From an uncultured Porphyromonadaceae bacterium (GTDB taxonomy: Bacteria > Bacteroidota > Bacteroidia > Bacteroidales > Muribaculaceae), in NCBI GenBank assembly GCA_947175225.1, contig CAMWLX010000001.1:1-47284 (forward strand): a stretch of DNA of 47,284 bases, read 5' to 3'. The notes beneath the pieces are model-generated. The model ran no database searches and had not been told where the DNA came from. It saw only the letters and a program-made list of their open reading frames with translations. Made by a program: the position numbers and the translations under genes. Shown piece after piece: positions 35,987 to 46,721 of this stretch (the stretch's first letter is position 1; each line of letters starts with the position of its first letter).

Positions 35987-36481
35987 TTACTGTTTATTAC
36001 CTTCAAAAGTATATACATAAGTGATCTCTCTGTGGGTCTTCTTATTAAGGATAATACTTGTATAAGTCAGAGAAACCTTTCCTTCCGGAGAAATCTTACC
36101 ATTGAACGTGAAGCCAAAAGGATTCATTTTCGTATAGTTCCAGTATGTCAATGTGCCGGAGCTGAGACGTGAAATGTTACAAACTGAAGATTCTACACCT
36201 TCCGGAAGACCAAGTTCCAAAGAAGACGATGTCATGCTTACGACTGAGACATTATTGCCTAACTCCTCATTTACGGAAAAGACAATAGTTCCTTCACCAC
36301 TTTCTTCAGCATCAGTTCTGACATTGACTCTCTTCCATTCGCCGACATATTCACCGGCAGCCAGCTTCTCCGCATTATCGCGTGGCCCTGAAGAAGGGAG
36401 CTCATCATGCTTGTCATCACAAGCTGCAAGCATGAACACGAGAGCAAAACCAAATAATATAGATTTAAAAATTGCTTTCAT
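35987..36481 (-). CDS. PUL-associated lipoprotein (probable surface glycan-binding protein, beta-rich)
   Basis: Lipobox LAAC followed by acidic DDKHDE; lies directly downstream of susD. Confidence 0.8.
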   Translation of the reverse strand: MKAIFKSILFGFALVFMLAACDDKHDELPSSGPRDNAEKLAAGEYVGEWKRVNVRTDAEESGEGTIVFSVNEELGNNVSVVSMTSSSLELGLPEGVESSVCNISRLSSGTLTYWNYTKMNPFGFTFNGKISPEGKVSLTYTSIILNKKTHREITYVYTFEGNKQ

Positions 36482-36501
36482 TTTCTTAGTGTGTTTTGGA
36501 A

Positions 36502-38361
36502 TTAATACCCAGGATTCTGATCTGCTGATGTCAGGGCAGTATTATTATCTATCTCATCCTGAGGAATAGGTCTATACCATTTTATCTGACCATCCGCATT
36601 TGACATTTTGCTGACATCATCCATAAAGCGACTGAAAGCTAAGTTATATCTTACAAGCTGCTTCGTACGACGAAGGTCATAATAACGGGTCCTTTCAGCA
36701 TAACATTCACGAGCTCGCTCATCAAGCACTACATCAAGAGATGTCGGATTGAATATACCTCTCAATGCTGTATAAGGAACCTTGTATGCACTGTAGGATG
36801 AAAGTTCAGATACTCCAGCCCTCTTTCTCACTGCATTTAATTTCTCCAACGATTTCGCCTCTTGTCCGGCAAGCAGATATGCTTCAGCGGCTACAAGATA
36901 CATCTCACTGACATGTAGAAGAGGTATATCACGATAGCACTGGCTACCAGTCACTGCAGCAGATTCGGGATCATCATATTTTCTTACGCAAGTTCCATTA
37001 TTGGCTGCCTCACGAATAAAATCTTCGTAAGCTACAACACTTCTTGTAGGCATAGAGCCATCGGGCTTAAAATCCCATTTGGTCACATTTGTACCGGTAA
37101 TGATTGCAGCAAACGGCTCATTTACGCCATATGTATTTTCATCAAATTTCACAGCACGACCTGCGGCAACAATTTTCTTGATATCCACTTCCGCCTGAGC
37201 TGCAGTAGTTGTCGGGGCATAGAATTTAAGTGCAATTGGAAGTGTATCTTGCACTTCTTGTGGCAGATTATACCATGCCATATAACCCAACGACCAGTTG
37301 GCATGTTCTTTATCAGGCTTAGGTGCGTTATAGAATGTAGTCATGAAAGTACCCTCAAAACGCTCATCTCCTCTTTCAAAGAGACTTGCCGCTTTTGCTG
37401 ACATCACATTAGTACCACCGGAACCGGTACCTTTAAGACCCGACTGAATGCAATTTCCGAAATATGCTGTATAGTTATACATCATAGAGTTGCCACCCGT
37501 AGTTTTGTCACCTGGATAACCCTTGCGATCCCACTGAGCGGAAAATATCTCTTCAGCATTTCCTTCGTTATTCCAAGCCCATTTTTCCGCAAACGACATG
37601 GTTAACTCAATTCCGTTAATTGCTTTTTCTGCCCATTCAGCAGCCAACTTAAAGCGTTCGGTGCTTGTAGTCGAATAAGTACCTGCGACAGCATCAGTCA
37701 ATTGGGTATCCAAATCCCACGCAGCTGCAAGCGCTATCTTAGCTGCTATGGCTGCCACTGCCTGCTTGCTACCCATGCCTTTATGATTTTGCTTATCCAA
37801 CTCCGAATTATCATACACGTCTTGGCAATCTGCAAGAAGGTTAGAATAGAGTTCATCCAATGGAGTTCTTGGGTAATCCCTATCTGGAGTATTGATATAT
37901 CTTTCGGAATACGGAACAGCTCCAAACTGCTGAGTAAGGTAATAATAACCTAAAGCTCTGAGGAACTTACCCTCAGCTATCAGATTTCTTGTCTCCTTAC
38001 TGTCACCCTTCAAGGTGGCATAATGAATCATACAGTTGGCCTTATTTACAAGAGCCATGCAATTGGTATAGAAACTTTTGACAGTACCGTTATCAGGAGT
38101 AGTTTGGAACATTGAGAATGTTCCGTCGTCTGCCCCTCTCGGATTGATGAATAGGTCTGCTGCCTGATCAAGCAGATCTATCTGTGTCGCAATCGACCGG
38201 ATGGCATCGTAAGCTACCGGACGGATCTGCTCAGGATGCTCTGTAAAATATACATCCGCATCATCTGGACTTGACAAATTTCTTGGATCGAGAAAGTCCG
38301 AGCATCCCATCATGAGCAAAGATGCGCTAAGACCGAATATCGAATATATTATTTTTTTCAT
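36502..38361 (-). CDS. susD: RagB/SusD family outer-membrane lipoprotein
   Basis: Lipobox MGC-SDFLD; EGKFLRALGYYYL, FGAVP, SEMYLVAAEA, LDERARE, DLRRT, QNPGY. Confidence 0.95.
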   Translation of the reverse strand: MKKIIYSIFGLSASLLMMGCSDFLDPRNLSSPDDADVYFTEHPEQIRPVAYDAIRSIATQIDLLDQAADLFINPRGADDGTFSMFQTTPDNGTVKSFYTNCMALVNKANCMIHYATLKGDSKETRNLIAEGKFLRALGYYYLTQQFGAVPYSERYINTPDRDYPRTPLDELYSNLLADCQDVYDNSELDKQNHKGMGSKQAVAAIAAKIALAAAWDLDTQLTDAVAGTYSTTSTERFKLAAEWAEKAINGIELTMSFAEKWAWNNEGNAEEIFSAQWDRKGYPGDKTTGGNSMMYNYTAYFGNCIQSGLKGTGSGGTNVMSAKAASLFERGDERFEGTFMTTFYNAPKPDKEHANWSLGYMAWYNLPQEVQDTLPIALKFYAPTTTAAQAEVDIKKIVAAGRAVKFDENTYGVNEPFAAIITGTNVTKWDFKPDGSMPTRSVVAYEDFIREAANNGTCVRKYDDPESAAVTGSQCYRDIPLLHVSEMYLVAAEAYLLAGQEAKSLEKLNAVRKRAGVSELSSYSAYKVPYTALRGIFNPTSLDVVLDERARECYAERTRYYDLRRTKQLVRYNLAFSRFMDDVSKMSNADGQIKWYRPIPQDEIDNNTALTSADQNPGY

Positions 38362-38378
38362 TGTTGTTCCTAACTATA

Positions 38379-41300
38379 TTAGAATGTAATGTTTGCACCA
38401 AACTCATAAGTAATGGTACTCGGACCATCATTTTTACCCTCTGCGGTTGCCCACTCCGGATCAAATCCCTTATACTTTGACCATACAAAAGGATTTGAAA
38501 TATTGACATAAAGACGAAGTCTGCTACATCCGATCTTCTCTATGATCTGTTTAGAGAACTCATATCCAAGCGACACGTGCTGAACCTTCCAGAATGAAGC
38601 GTCTACAACCTGACGAGCACAAAACTTGGTGTCGGTGCTAAGTCCGAAATATGATCCGGCCGGACCAAGGCCATCGTTACCTCCGGCATTCACAAGAGGC
38701 CAACTTCCATAATGTGTCTGAGTCTGATATACAGGATTGATGAGCGAACCATCTGCCCTGATGCCGTCAGCATCAAGAAGCATACCTGCCGGGATATAAT
38801 TATCCATCATGACCTTGCCACGTCCACGGTCATGCCAGTCGAAAGCATCTCCTCCCAAAAATGGAGAAGCGACGGTATAACCCTGCTTTGCATATATTGA
38901 AAATCCGAAATCTAACGATCCACCCTTCTTGGGAAGTCTATAAGTAAGATTGGAAGTAATTGATCCTGTAAATTTAGGATTTCCGTTGAATACAACGCGG
39001 TCTGCATCATTCCACTTGCCATCTCCGTTTACATCGCGGATGATAGGCTGTCCTTCTGCCTGTCCGTAGCAAGTATAGTAAAAATCACATTCTCTCATGG
39101 TAGAACCGGGAGTTAGACCTTTCTCTCTTGCTATCTGAGTGTCAGGAACTGTCATATTACGATCTGACACAATACCATCCCATGCATAGGCATATACATT
39201 GTTCACCGGCATGCCAACAAAGAGACAGCTACTTGCATTTCCACCAATAATCTGATCCGACACACCATTGATTTGGAGCACCTTATTATCATTATGAGCG
39301 ATATTAAGTGTGGTAGTCCATGTCCAGTCACGTGTGTCAATATTAGTAGTAGTAATAGAGAACTCTACACCCGTATTTCTAACAGAACCAACATTTGTTG
39401 TCATGCTTCCACCACCTGTTTCCAAAGGAAGTCCCACTGGATAGAGAAGGTCTTTAGATTTCTTGGTGTACCATTCAAGTGAACCAACAATTCTATTATT
39501 AAGGAATCCATAGTCAAGACCGATGTTGATCTCATGAGAAACCTCCCATTTAATTTTCTGGTCAACTATGCTGGAGGGATAAAATCCATGGTCGTAGACC
39601 CCGCCAAACGGGTAGTTGCTTGAAGAAGTGACACCAATTACTGTCGCATAGTTGGAGATACCTCTGTTATTACCGGTCACACCATAACTTACACGCAGTT
39701 TCAAATTGTTAAGCCACCATTTCTGAAGGAATGCTTCTTCAGCTATATTCCAACCCAATGCGAATGATGGGAAGCAACCCCAGCGATATCCATCTGCGAA
39801 TCTGGAAGAACCATCCCAACGAACAGTAGCAGTTGCCATGTAGCGGCTTTTCCAAGAATAGTTGGCACGAAGTGCAATTGATTCCATAGAACTTTCAGAG
39901 AAACTGGATTTCACTGTAGCCTCACCCGGTATGCCGGTTGCGAGATTCCACCATGCAGTTGATTCAAGTGGTTTGACTGCAGTTTCCTCGAAGTTTTCAG
40001 AGTTACTTTTCTCTGCAGAATACAGAGCCATTGCATTGATGGAGTGGTCGCCGAAACTACGCACATAGTTCAATACGTTGTCCCATGTCCATCCATAACC
40101 TGTATTGTTCTTGACAGTAGCACTGCGTGTGTCGCCATCTACCCAAGTGTCCCCTGTAGCAGGGTTGGTATATCCTTCGTAATAGCCATTGCGATAAGCT
40201 GTATACGTAGGAGAAATTGTAGTCTTGAATGTAAGACCCGGTATAATATTGAACTGTGCGTACACATTTCCAAGTAGACGATAGGTCTTACGTTTCTCCA
40301 CTGAATTCTTCATGCGGTCAAGCGGGTTGATAAAATCGGAGAATTGGTTGGCATCCGTACCCAAAGTTGTCTTATTTCCCGGGAAATGGATGGTATTGCC
40401 ATTCTCATCGAATGGAACCATAAAAGGATTGACACGATATGCCTGGCTAATGGCACCGCTATCGGCATAATTATTATTAATCTGCGCGATATTGATATTA
40501 AATCCGGCACTAATTACCTTATTGAGCTTAGCATCAACACTACCCTTGAACGAGTATACGCCCTTGCTGTCACCCTTGTAGAGACCCTGCACATTTTCGT
40601 ATCCAAGACCGAAATGATAGTTCACACTTTCACTTGCTCCAGAGACTGACACATAGTGGTTTTGCTGATGACCGTCCTGAGTGACAAGACCTGGCCAATA
40701 ATATGTAGCGTCATTCGCAAGCATCTCTTTCATTACATATGGAGACTCAAGGTCGCCATTGGTCTGCTGTAGAAGAGCCTGTCCAAGACCCATAGCTGAC
40801 GACAATATACCGAAAGAAGTCTGTGGTTCCCAAGCTGTCACGCCTCCTACCGGCTGGGTAAACTTCATAAAACGATAACGATACCATTGCTCACCATCCA
40901 TAAACTGAGGCATACGTGTAGCATGGCTTATACCGTAATATCCATCATATGAAATCTTGGCTTTTGTTCCTTTGTTTACATTAGAACCGCTCTTAGTAGT
41001 CACCAAAACTACGCCCGCTGTAGCGCGAGAACCATATATAGCAGTAGAAGAAGCATCCTTAAGAATGTCAATGCGTTCAATATCCTGAGGATTGAGGAAT
41101 GATATGTCGCTGGTCTGAACGCCATCCACTACATAAAGAGGAGTAACGCTTGAGTTGATAGAAGATTTACCACGGATTTCAATATCAATACCACCATTTG
41201 TACGACCAGTGGATTTAGTAATGCTTACGCCAGGGACAGAACCCTGAAGTGCCTCAAGTACTGAAGCAGAACCCTTGGCAGTAATCTGCCCTGCATCAAC

Positions 41301-41714
41301 CACTGATACCGAACCGGTAAGGTCAGCTTTCTTAATCTGGCCGTAGCCGACTACTACGAGTTCGTCAAGTGCCTTGGAGTCCTCACTCATCTTCACGTCA
41401 ATCTGAGTGCGTCCTTTGACGTCGATCACCTGCTGTGAGTAGCCGATGTAAGAGAAGACAAGCTTACCTTTCGAAGGAACATTCTTGAGTGAATAAATGC
41501 CGTCAAAGTCAGTGGCTGTTCCATTGGAAGTCCCTTCCACCATGACTGTAACGCCGATAAGGGGTTCGCCTTGGTCGTCAAGTACCGTTCCTGATACGTC
41601 GACCGTCTGTGCAAACGCAGGAATCGCCATCATGATGGCGATCAGGGTCGCGAAGGTCTTCATGATGAAACTTCCGCCCTTTTCTCGTTTCAATGTTAGT
41701 TTAATTTTGGTCAT
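38379..41714 (-). CDS. susC: SusC/RagA family TonB-dependent transporter
   Basis: GEPLIGVTV, ELVVVGYG, IEIRGKSS, ILKDASSTAIYGSRATAGVVLVTTK, terminal F; alternative start ATG 41663. Confidence 0.97.
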   Translation of the reverse strand: MTKIKLTLKREKGGSFIMKTFATLIAIMMAIPAFAQTVDVSGTVLDDQGEPLIGVTVMVEGTSNGTATDFDGIYSLKNVPSKGKLVFSYIGYSQQVIDVKGRTQIDVKMSEDSKALDELVVVGYGQIKKADLTGSVSVVDAGQITAKGSASVLEALQGSVPGVSITKSTGRTNGGIDIEIRGKSSINSSVTPLYVVDGVQTSDISFLNPQDIERIDILKDASSTAIYGSRATAGVVLVTTKSGSNVNKGTKAKISYDGYYGISHATRMPQFMDGEQWYRYRFMKFTQPVGGVTAWEPQTSFGILSSAMGLGQALLQQTNGDLESPYVMKEMLANDATYYWPGLVTQDGHQQNHYVSVSGASESVNYHFGLGYENVQGLYKGDSKGVYSFKGSVDAKLNKVISAGFNINIAQINNNYADSGAISQAYRVNPFMVPFDENGNTIHFPGNKTTLGTDANQFSDFINPLDRMKNSVEKRKTYRLLGNVYAQFNIIPGLTFKTTISPTYTAYRNGYYEGYTNPATGDTWVDGDTRSATVKNNTGYGWTWDNVLNYVRSFGDHSINAMALYSAEKSNSENFEETAVKPLESTAWWNLATGIPGEATVKSSFSESSMESIALRANYSWKSRYMATATVRWDGSSRFADGYRWGCFPSFALGWNIAEEAFLQKWWLNNLKLRVSYGVTGNNRGISNYATVIGVTSSSNYPFGGVYDHGFYPSSIVDQKIKWEVSHEINIGLDYGFLNNRIVGSLEWYTKKSKDLLYPVGLPLETGGGSMTTNVGSVRNTGVEFSITTTNIDTRDWTWTTTLNIAHNDNKVLQINGVSDQIIGGNASSCLFVGMPVNNVYAYAWDGIVSDRNMTVPDTQIAREKGLTPGSTMRECDFYYTCYGQAEGQPIIRDVNGDGKWNDADRVVFNGNPKFTGSITSNLTYRLPKKGGSLDFGFSIYAKQGYTVASPFLGGDAFDWHDRGRGKVMMDNYIPAGMLLDADGIRADGSLINPVYQTQTHYGSWPLVNAGGNDGLGPAGSYFGLSTDTKFCARQVVDASFWKVQHVSLGYEFSKQIIEKIGCSRLRLYVNISNPFVWSKYKGFDPEWATAEGKNDGPSTITYEFGANITF

Positions 41715-41845
41715 AATACATGTTATGATGTTTGATTGATATTACTTATTTTTCAGTTGATTACACACCAACTCAACATTGAGTCAAAGTCAATCCTCCT
41801 TAACGCTCATTAGGTTTTATCAGGTTACACAATAGGTTCAGCACG

Positions 41846-41877
41846 CAAAATTAAGGAATATTCACAAATTATCCAAA
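41846..41877 (-). promoter_or_regulatory. Predicted promoter of second susC
   Basis: Minus strand TTTG (41877-41874) - 20 bp - TAATTTTG (41853-41846). Confidence 0.7.
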
Positions 41878-41957
41878 AAAAATCTAAACTTTTTTTCTTT
41901 TTTTATTTTTAACATTTCTTCCATTTCCTTTTTATTGCATATTCCGAATAATCTCAC

Positions 41958-41965
41958 TAACTTTG
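41958..41965 (+). promoter_or_regulatory. -7 element of pectate lyase operon promoter
   Basis: TAACTTTG 49 bp upstream of ATG 42015. Confidence 0.65.
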
Positions 41966-42014
41966 CAAAATAACACCTATTTATAATATAAACTATAATC
42001 AAACAATATACATC

Positions 42015-43814
42015 ATGAAGAAATCTTTACTTCTTGCAGGTGCCCTTGCGCTCTGCACTCCCCTCTTCGCTGATGATGCAGCAGCTCCGGCATTCCCCGG
42101 TGCTGAAGGCCATGGTCGATTCACCACCGGCGGACGTGGCGGCAAAATCGTTCACGTCACTAACCTTAACGACAGCGGCGAGGGTTCCCTACGTTGGGCT
42201 ATGGCTCAGAGCGGTCCAAAGACTATCGTATTCGACGTCAGCGGATACATCGACCTCAAAAGCCAGCTTGACGTGACATCAAACACAACAATCGCCGGTC
42301 AGACTGCACCGGAGGGTGGCATAACACTTCGATATTATACCCTTTATTTCGGTAAATGCGACAATGTTATCGTGCGTTTTATACGTAGCCGCCGCTCTCA
42401 GGTGAAAGATGTCAACGACGGTGCTGACGCCACATGGGGACGCCGCCGCAAGAACATAATCATCGACCACTGCTCTTTCTCTTGGAGCATCGACGAAGTG
42501 GCTTCTTTCTACGACAACCGAAATTTCACCATGCAATGGTGCACTATCGGTGAAGGCCTTGCTAACCCCGGACACTCTAAAGGCGCACACAGCTACGGAG
42601 GCATTTGGGGTGGAAAAGAAGCGTCATTCCACCATAACTACCTTACTCACATCCAAAACCGTGCCCCTCGTTTCAACGGTGCCCGCTACGAATGGGACGG
42701 CTGGGACAAGACAAAATATGAAAACACTGTTGATGCCGAGCGCGTTGACTTCCGTAACAATGTGCTCTACAACTGGGGCAATGGCAATGGTTGCTACGGG
42801 GGTCCCGGCGGCGGCTACATCAACATCGTCAACAACTACTATCAGGCAGGTCCCGGAACAAAAAATAAGACCCGTGTGACTGAAGTCTCTGTAGGAAGCA
42901 GTGGGAATTCCACCAACGAGGCCCTTCGTGGTCTCTGCTCCCGTTACTATATCGATGGCAATTACGTGGCAGCCGCTTCAAAACCTGAAAACTACGATTG
43001 GTCTGGCGTAAAATATGACGGAGGACTGACAACTGTGAAAGGCGTAAGATATATGCCTGATCCAAACCACAAATTTGGTGAAAAGGTAGAATATGTAGAT
43101 ATCGATGGCAAAGACTATGTATGCGTCCAACTCGATGAGCCAATCGACGCAGGCATCGTGACTACACAAAGCGCGCAGACTGTCTACGACAAAGTCCTAA
43201 ACTTCTGCGGTGCCTCTCTCTATCGCGATGCTGTCGATGCACGCTATATGGAAGAAGCCCGCACAGGCACTGTGACATACCACGGCAAGGAAGCATACGT
43301 AGACAAAAACGGAAAGGTATATCCGATATCCAACACTGAAGGTATTCTCGATTTCATCAACGATCCGAACGGAGAAGAGAATCCTAATACCGCAAGTTTC
43401 CCTGTTCTGACCAGCATCTCACGCCCCGACAATTTCGACACTGACCGCGATGGTATGCCCGATGATTGGGAACTCGCAAACGGACTCGACCCTGACAATG
43501 CAGATGATGCCAACTTATATACTGTCGATGCCAAGGGTATATATACTAATGTGGAAGTATATATAAACTCCCTCGTAGAAGACATTATTAAGGCTGGAAA
43601 TGCCGATGCTCTTTCCGCTGTCGATGAATACTATCCTGAATTCACCAACACTACCGGCGTGGAAAGCATCGAAGCTGTAAAGAGCGATGTAATCGCAGTG
43701 GAATACTACGACCTAAACGGCATGCGTCTTGCTGAGCCTGCCGAAGGCATCAGCATCCGTCGCATTGTATTCGCCAACGGAACATCTGAAACAGATAAAG
43801 TAATCAAGAAATGA
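42015..43814 (+). CDS. Pectate lyase, PL1 family, with T9SS C-terminal domain
   Basis: AFPGAEGHGRFTTGGRGG, VTNLNDSGEGSLRWA, TIAGQTAP, IIDHCSFSWSIDE, RAPRF, DTDRDGMPDDWE; CTD EYYDLNGMRL...KVIKK. Confidence 0.92.
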   Translation: MKKSLLLAGALALCTPLFADDAAAPAFPGAEGHGRFTTGGRGGKIVHVTNLNDSGEGSLRWAMAQSGPKTIVFDVSGYIDLKSQLDVTSNTTIAGQTAPEGGITLRYYTLYFGKCDNVIVRFIRSRRSQVKDVNDGADATWGRRRKNIIIDHCSFSWSIDEVASFYDNRNFTMQWCTIGEGLANPGHSKGAHSYGGIWGGKEASFHHNYLTHIQNRAPRFNGARYEWDGWDKTKYENTVDAERVDFRNNVLYNWGNGNGCYGGPGGGYINIVNNYYQAGPGTKNKTRVTEVSVGSSGNSTNEALRGLCSRYYIDGNYVAAASKPENYDWSGVKYDGGLTTVKGVRYMPDPNHKFGEKVEYVDIDGKDYVCVQLDEPIDAGIVTTQSAQTVYDKVLNFCGASLYRDAVDARYMEEARTGTVTYHGKEAYVDKNGKVYPISNTEGILDFINDPNGEENPNTASFPVLTSISRPDNFDTDRDGMPDDWELANGLDPDNADDANLYTVDAKGIYTNVEVYINSLVEDIIKAGNADALSAVDEYYPEFTNTTGVESIEAVKSDVIAVEYYDLNGMRLAEPAEGISIRRIVFANGTSETDKVIKK

Positions 43815-45652
43815 GACTGAAAAAATTCATGATGGCGATGGCGGCTGCCGCCGTCGTCATCATTCCTGCATATGCTGAAGATGCAATCCTTCCATCATTC
43901 CCGGGTGCTGAAGGCTTCGGAGCCATCACCACTGGTGGTCGTGGCGGAAAAGTGATACATGTCACCAATCTCAACGACAGCGGCGAAGGTTCTTTCCGAT
44001 GGGCTTGCAACCAAAGCGGCGCACGCACCATCGTATTCGATGTCAGCGGAACTATCCACTTAAAATCTGAACTTAAAATCAGAAATGGAAATGTGACTAT
44101 AGCAGGCCAGACCGCTCCCGGCGACGGAATATGCGTAGCTGACTATCCATTCGTAATTAGCGCCCCCAACATAATCATCCGATTCATGCGTTTCCGTCTT
44201 GGCAATGAAGCCCTGAAGACCAACAACAAGGCTCATGAGGGAGACGGTCTCGGAGGAATGGACGGACAGAAGATTATGATCGACCATTGCTCCGTAAGCT
44301 GGAGCATCGACGAATGTCTATCTGTATATGGCTCGAAAAATATTACCGTACAGTGGTGTATGGTCACTCAAAGTCTTGTAAATTCCGGCCACAGCAAAGG
44401 CTCTCACGGCTATGGCGGCAACTGGGGTGGTGCCGGTGCATCCTACCATCATAACCTCCTTGCCCATCATGGCTCCCGTGTTCCCCGTCTTGGACCACGC
44501 CCCGGAACTCAGCTTGACGAACGTATGGATCTCCGCAATAATGTGATGTATAACTATGCCGGAGAAGGATGTTACGGTGGTGAGGCGATGAGCGTCAACA
44601 TCGTCAACAACTACTACAAACCGGGACCTGCCACCGACGCAATCAGCGAAGCCAAACAAAAGAGAATGGCGAAGCCGGGGATTCGGACATTCGACTACTG
44701 CATAAAGGAAGATAACCTGAAAACTACAGCAAAAAACTACAACAAGGTGAAAGGAACAGACCTCACTACCTGCAAATTGACTGTAGATAAAACTGACAAG
44801 AGTTATCTTACATTTGAAGGTGATGACAATAAATATGAAATTGACATCGAAAAACTTTGTATAACAGTCGACGGACAGGAAGTGAAGGTTTCTACCAACG
44901 ACTGGGGTAAGACTCTCCACAAATGGGGAAGCTACTATATCGAAGGAAATGTCAACTCAAAATATGCTGATGTATCAGCCGACAACTGGACTATCGGGCT
45001 TTTCAACCAAGTTGACAAAGGCACAAAAGTAGATTATCACAACGCCACAGAAGAGAATCTACGCGCTTTCGTCCCAATGGAGTTCGCAGCCGTCACAACC
45101 CATACCGCCGATATGGCATACGAGCGTGTGCTTCAATATGCCGGAGCATCACTTAGCCGCGACGAGTATGACAATATGATGGTAGCCGACACACGCAACG
45201 GAGCGGCAAGCTGCGTAGTAAAAGGTATCGGCAAGGGTCTGATCAATAGTCAAGACGACATCACATATGCCGACGGCACCACCGGATTTCCTATACTCAA
45301 CTCCTTGGAGGCTCCTGCCGACACAGATGGTGATGGCATGCCCGACGAATGGGAGAAGGCTAATGGGCTCAATCCCAATGACGCTACTGATGGTCCGGAA
45401 ACTGCTGAAAATGGCTATACCAACCTTGAAAATTACCTCAATAGCTTAGTTGCACACATAATGGAGGGCGGCAATGAAGGTGGCACCCTTCTTGCAGGTC
45501 AACAGGAATTCGGAACAGACACCGGTGTAGAGACAATCAACTCCTCTTCTTCAACCGACACCCGTATCTTCAACACCCAAGGTGTAGAAGTAGGAGAAGA
45601 TGCCAAAGGTATCCTGATCCAAAACGGCAAAAAGATCCTCAGGTCAGAGTAA
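43811..45652 (+). CDS. Pectate lyase, PL1 family, with short T9SS-type C-terminal domain
   Basis: FPGAEGFGAITTGGRGG, TIAGQTAPGDG, IDHCSVSWSIDE, RVPRL, DTDGDGMPDEWE; ATGA overlap with upstream lyase. Confidence 0.92.
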   Translation: MRLKKFMMAMAAAAVVIIPAYAEDAILPSFPGAEGFGAITTGGRGGKVIHVTNLNDSGEGSFRWACNQSGARTIVFDVSGTIHLKSELKIRNGNVTIAGQTAPGDGICVADYPFVISAPNIIIRFMRFRLGNEALKTNNKAHEGDGLGGMDGQKIMIDHCSVSWSIDECLSVYGSKNITVQWCMVTQSLVNSGHSKGSHGYGGNWGGAGASYHHNLLAHHGSRVPRLGPRPGTQLDERMDLRNNVMYNYAGEGCYGGEAMSVNIVNNYYKPGPATDAISEAKQKRMAKPGIRTFDYCIKEDNLKTTAKNYNKVKGTDLTTCKLTVDKTDKSYLTFEGDDNKYEIDIEKLCITVDGQEVKVSTNDWGKTLHKWGSYYIEGNVNSKYADVSADNWTIGLFNQVDKGTKVDYHNATEENLRAFVPMEFAAVTTHTADMAYERVLQYAGASLSRDEYDNMMVADTRNGAASCVVKGIGKGLINSQDDITYADGTTGFPILNSLEAPADTDGDGMPDEWEKANGLNPNDATDGPETAENGYTNLENYLNSLVAHIMEGGNEGGTLLAGQQEFGTDTGVETINSSSSTDTRIFNTQGVEVGEDAKGILIQNGKKILRSE

Positions 45653-45734
45653 TTGGCACACGACAAAATCTACCAATAAAAAGACTGTTCCTACCATTAT
45701 CACCGATTCAAAAACCCATATCATTTTTCAATTG

Positions 45735-45774
45735 TTAATAAAGAGGCGACTCCCGGCGAGACGCCTCTTATTAA
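45735..45774 (+). terminator. Hairpin/terminator downstream of lyase operon
   Basis: TTAATAAAGAGGCG-13 nt-CGCCTCTTATTAA. Confidence 0.6.
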
Positions 45775-45830
45775 TACCCTACTCCCCTATAGCCCCTAAG
45801 CCCCTAAATCATTATAAAACCCTGAATATT

Positions 45831-46697
45831 ATGGAAATAATAAAAGATAAAGAATTCGGAGGCGAACGCCCTCTATTCGAAACCCACAATGTAAGATTGG
45901 AAAACGTAGTGATCCGTGCCGGTGAATCCGCCATCAAAGAATGTAGCGACATCGAGGCCATAGACTGCACATTTGAAGGCAACTATCCTTTTTGGCATGT
46001 CCACCATTTTCTAATCGACCATTGCTACTTTGCCGTAGGAGGTCGCTCAGCTCTCTGGTATAGCGACCATCTCAAGATGAAAGACACTGTCATCGACGCC
46101 CCTAAGATGTTCCGCGAGATGTATGACCTCGACATTGAGAATGTGGTGATGAACGATGCAGATGAAGTATTCTGGCGTTGCAAGGATATCAAGATCAAAA
46201 ATCTCAAACTTCACGACGGCACATATCCTTTCATGTTTAGCGAGAACATCGAAGTGGATGGGCTTGAGTCAGACAGCAAATACGTATTCCAATATGTTAA
46301 GAATGTAGTGATCCGCAACGCCAAAATCACTACAAAAGACGCATTTTGGGAAGTTGAAAATGTCACTATCTACGACTCCGAACTCAATGGCGAGTATCTC
46401 GGGTGGCATTCCAAAAACCTCCGTCTCGTAAACTGCCACATCACTGGCGAGCAACCCCTCTGCTACGCCGACAATCTGACTCTTGAGAACTGCACATTCG
46501 GTCCGGACTGCGACCGCGCTTTCGAGTATTCAAATGTCAACGCAACCATCAAGGGTAAAATCACCAATATCAAGAATCCGGCATCCGGCCACATCGTAGC
46601 AGACGAAATAGGCAGTGTGACAATCGACAAGAACATCAAAGCCCCCGCCGACTGCAAAATCGAACTTACTGACGGCTCCAAAATAAACTTTGATTAA
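45831..46697 (+). CDS. DUF3737 family protein
   Basis: ATG 45831, MEIIKDKEFGGERPLF, GESAIKE, YPFWH, KDAFWE, GEYLGWHS, GEQPLCY; repetitive beta-helix-like pattern. Confidence 0.9.
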   Translation: MEIIKDKEFGGERPLFETHNVRLENVVIRAGESAIKECSDIEAIDCTFEGNYPFWHVHHFLIDHCYFAVGGRSALWYSDHLKMKDTVIDAPKMFREMYDLDIENVVMNDADEVFWRCKDIKIKNLKLHDGTYPFMFSENIEVDGLESDSKYVFQYVKNVVIRNAKITTKDAFWEVENVTIYDSELNGEYLGWHSKNLRLVNCHITGEQPLCYADNLTLENCTFGPDCDRAFEYSNVNATIKGKITNIKNPASGHIVADEIGSVTIDKNIKAPADCKIELTDGSKINFD

Positions 46698-46721
46698 ATA
46701 CTCTTTCAAGCTTTTTTACTG

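Noticed and set aside
44318-44920. 200-aa antisense ORF and the many other short overlapping ORFs in the track
   Set aside because: Shadows of well-supported genes
45653-45830. SAM or other riboswitch upstream of DUF3737/patB; TTG start at 45732
   Set aside because: No aptamer consensus recognised; only a terminator-like hairpin and short CCCCTA repeats; the family N-terminus fits ATG 45831
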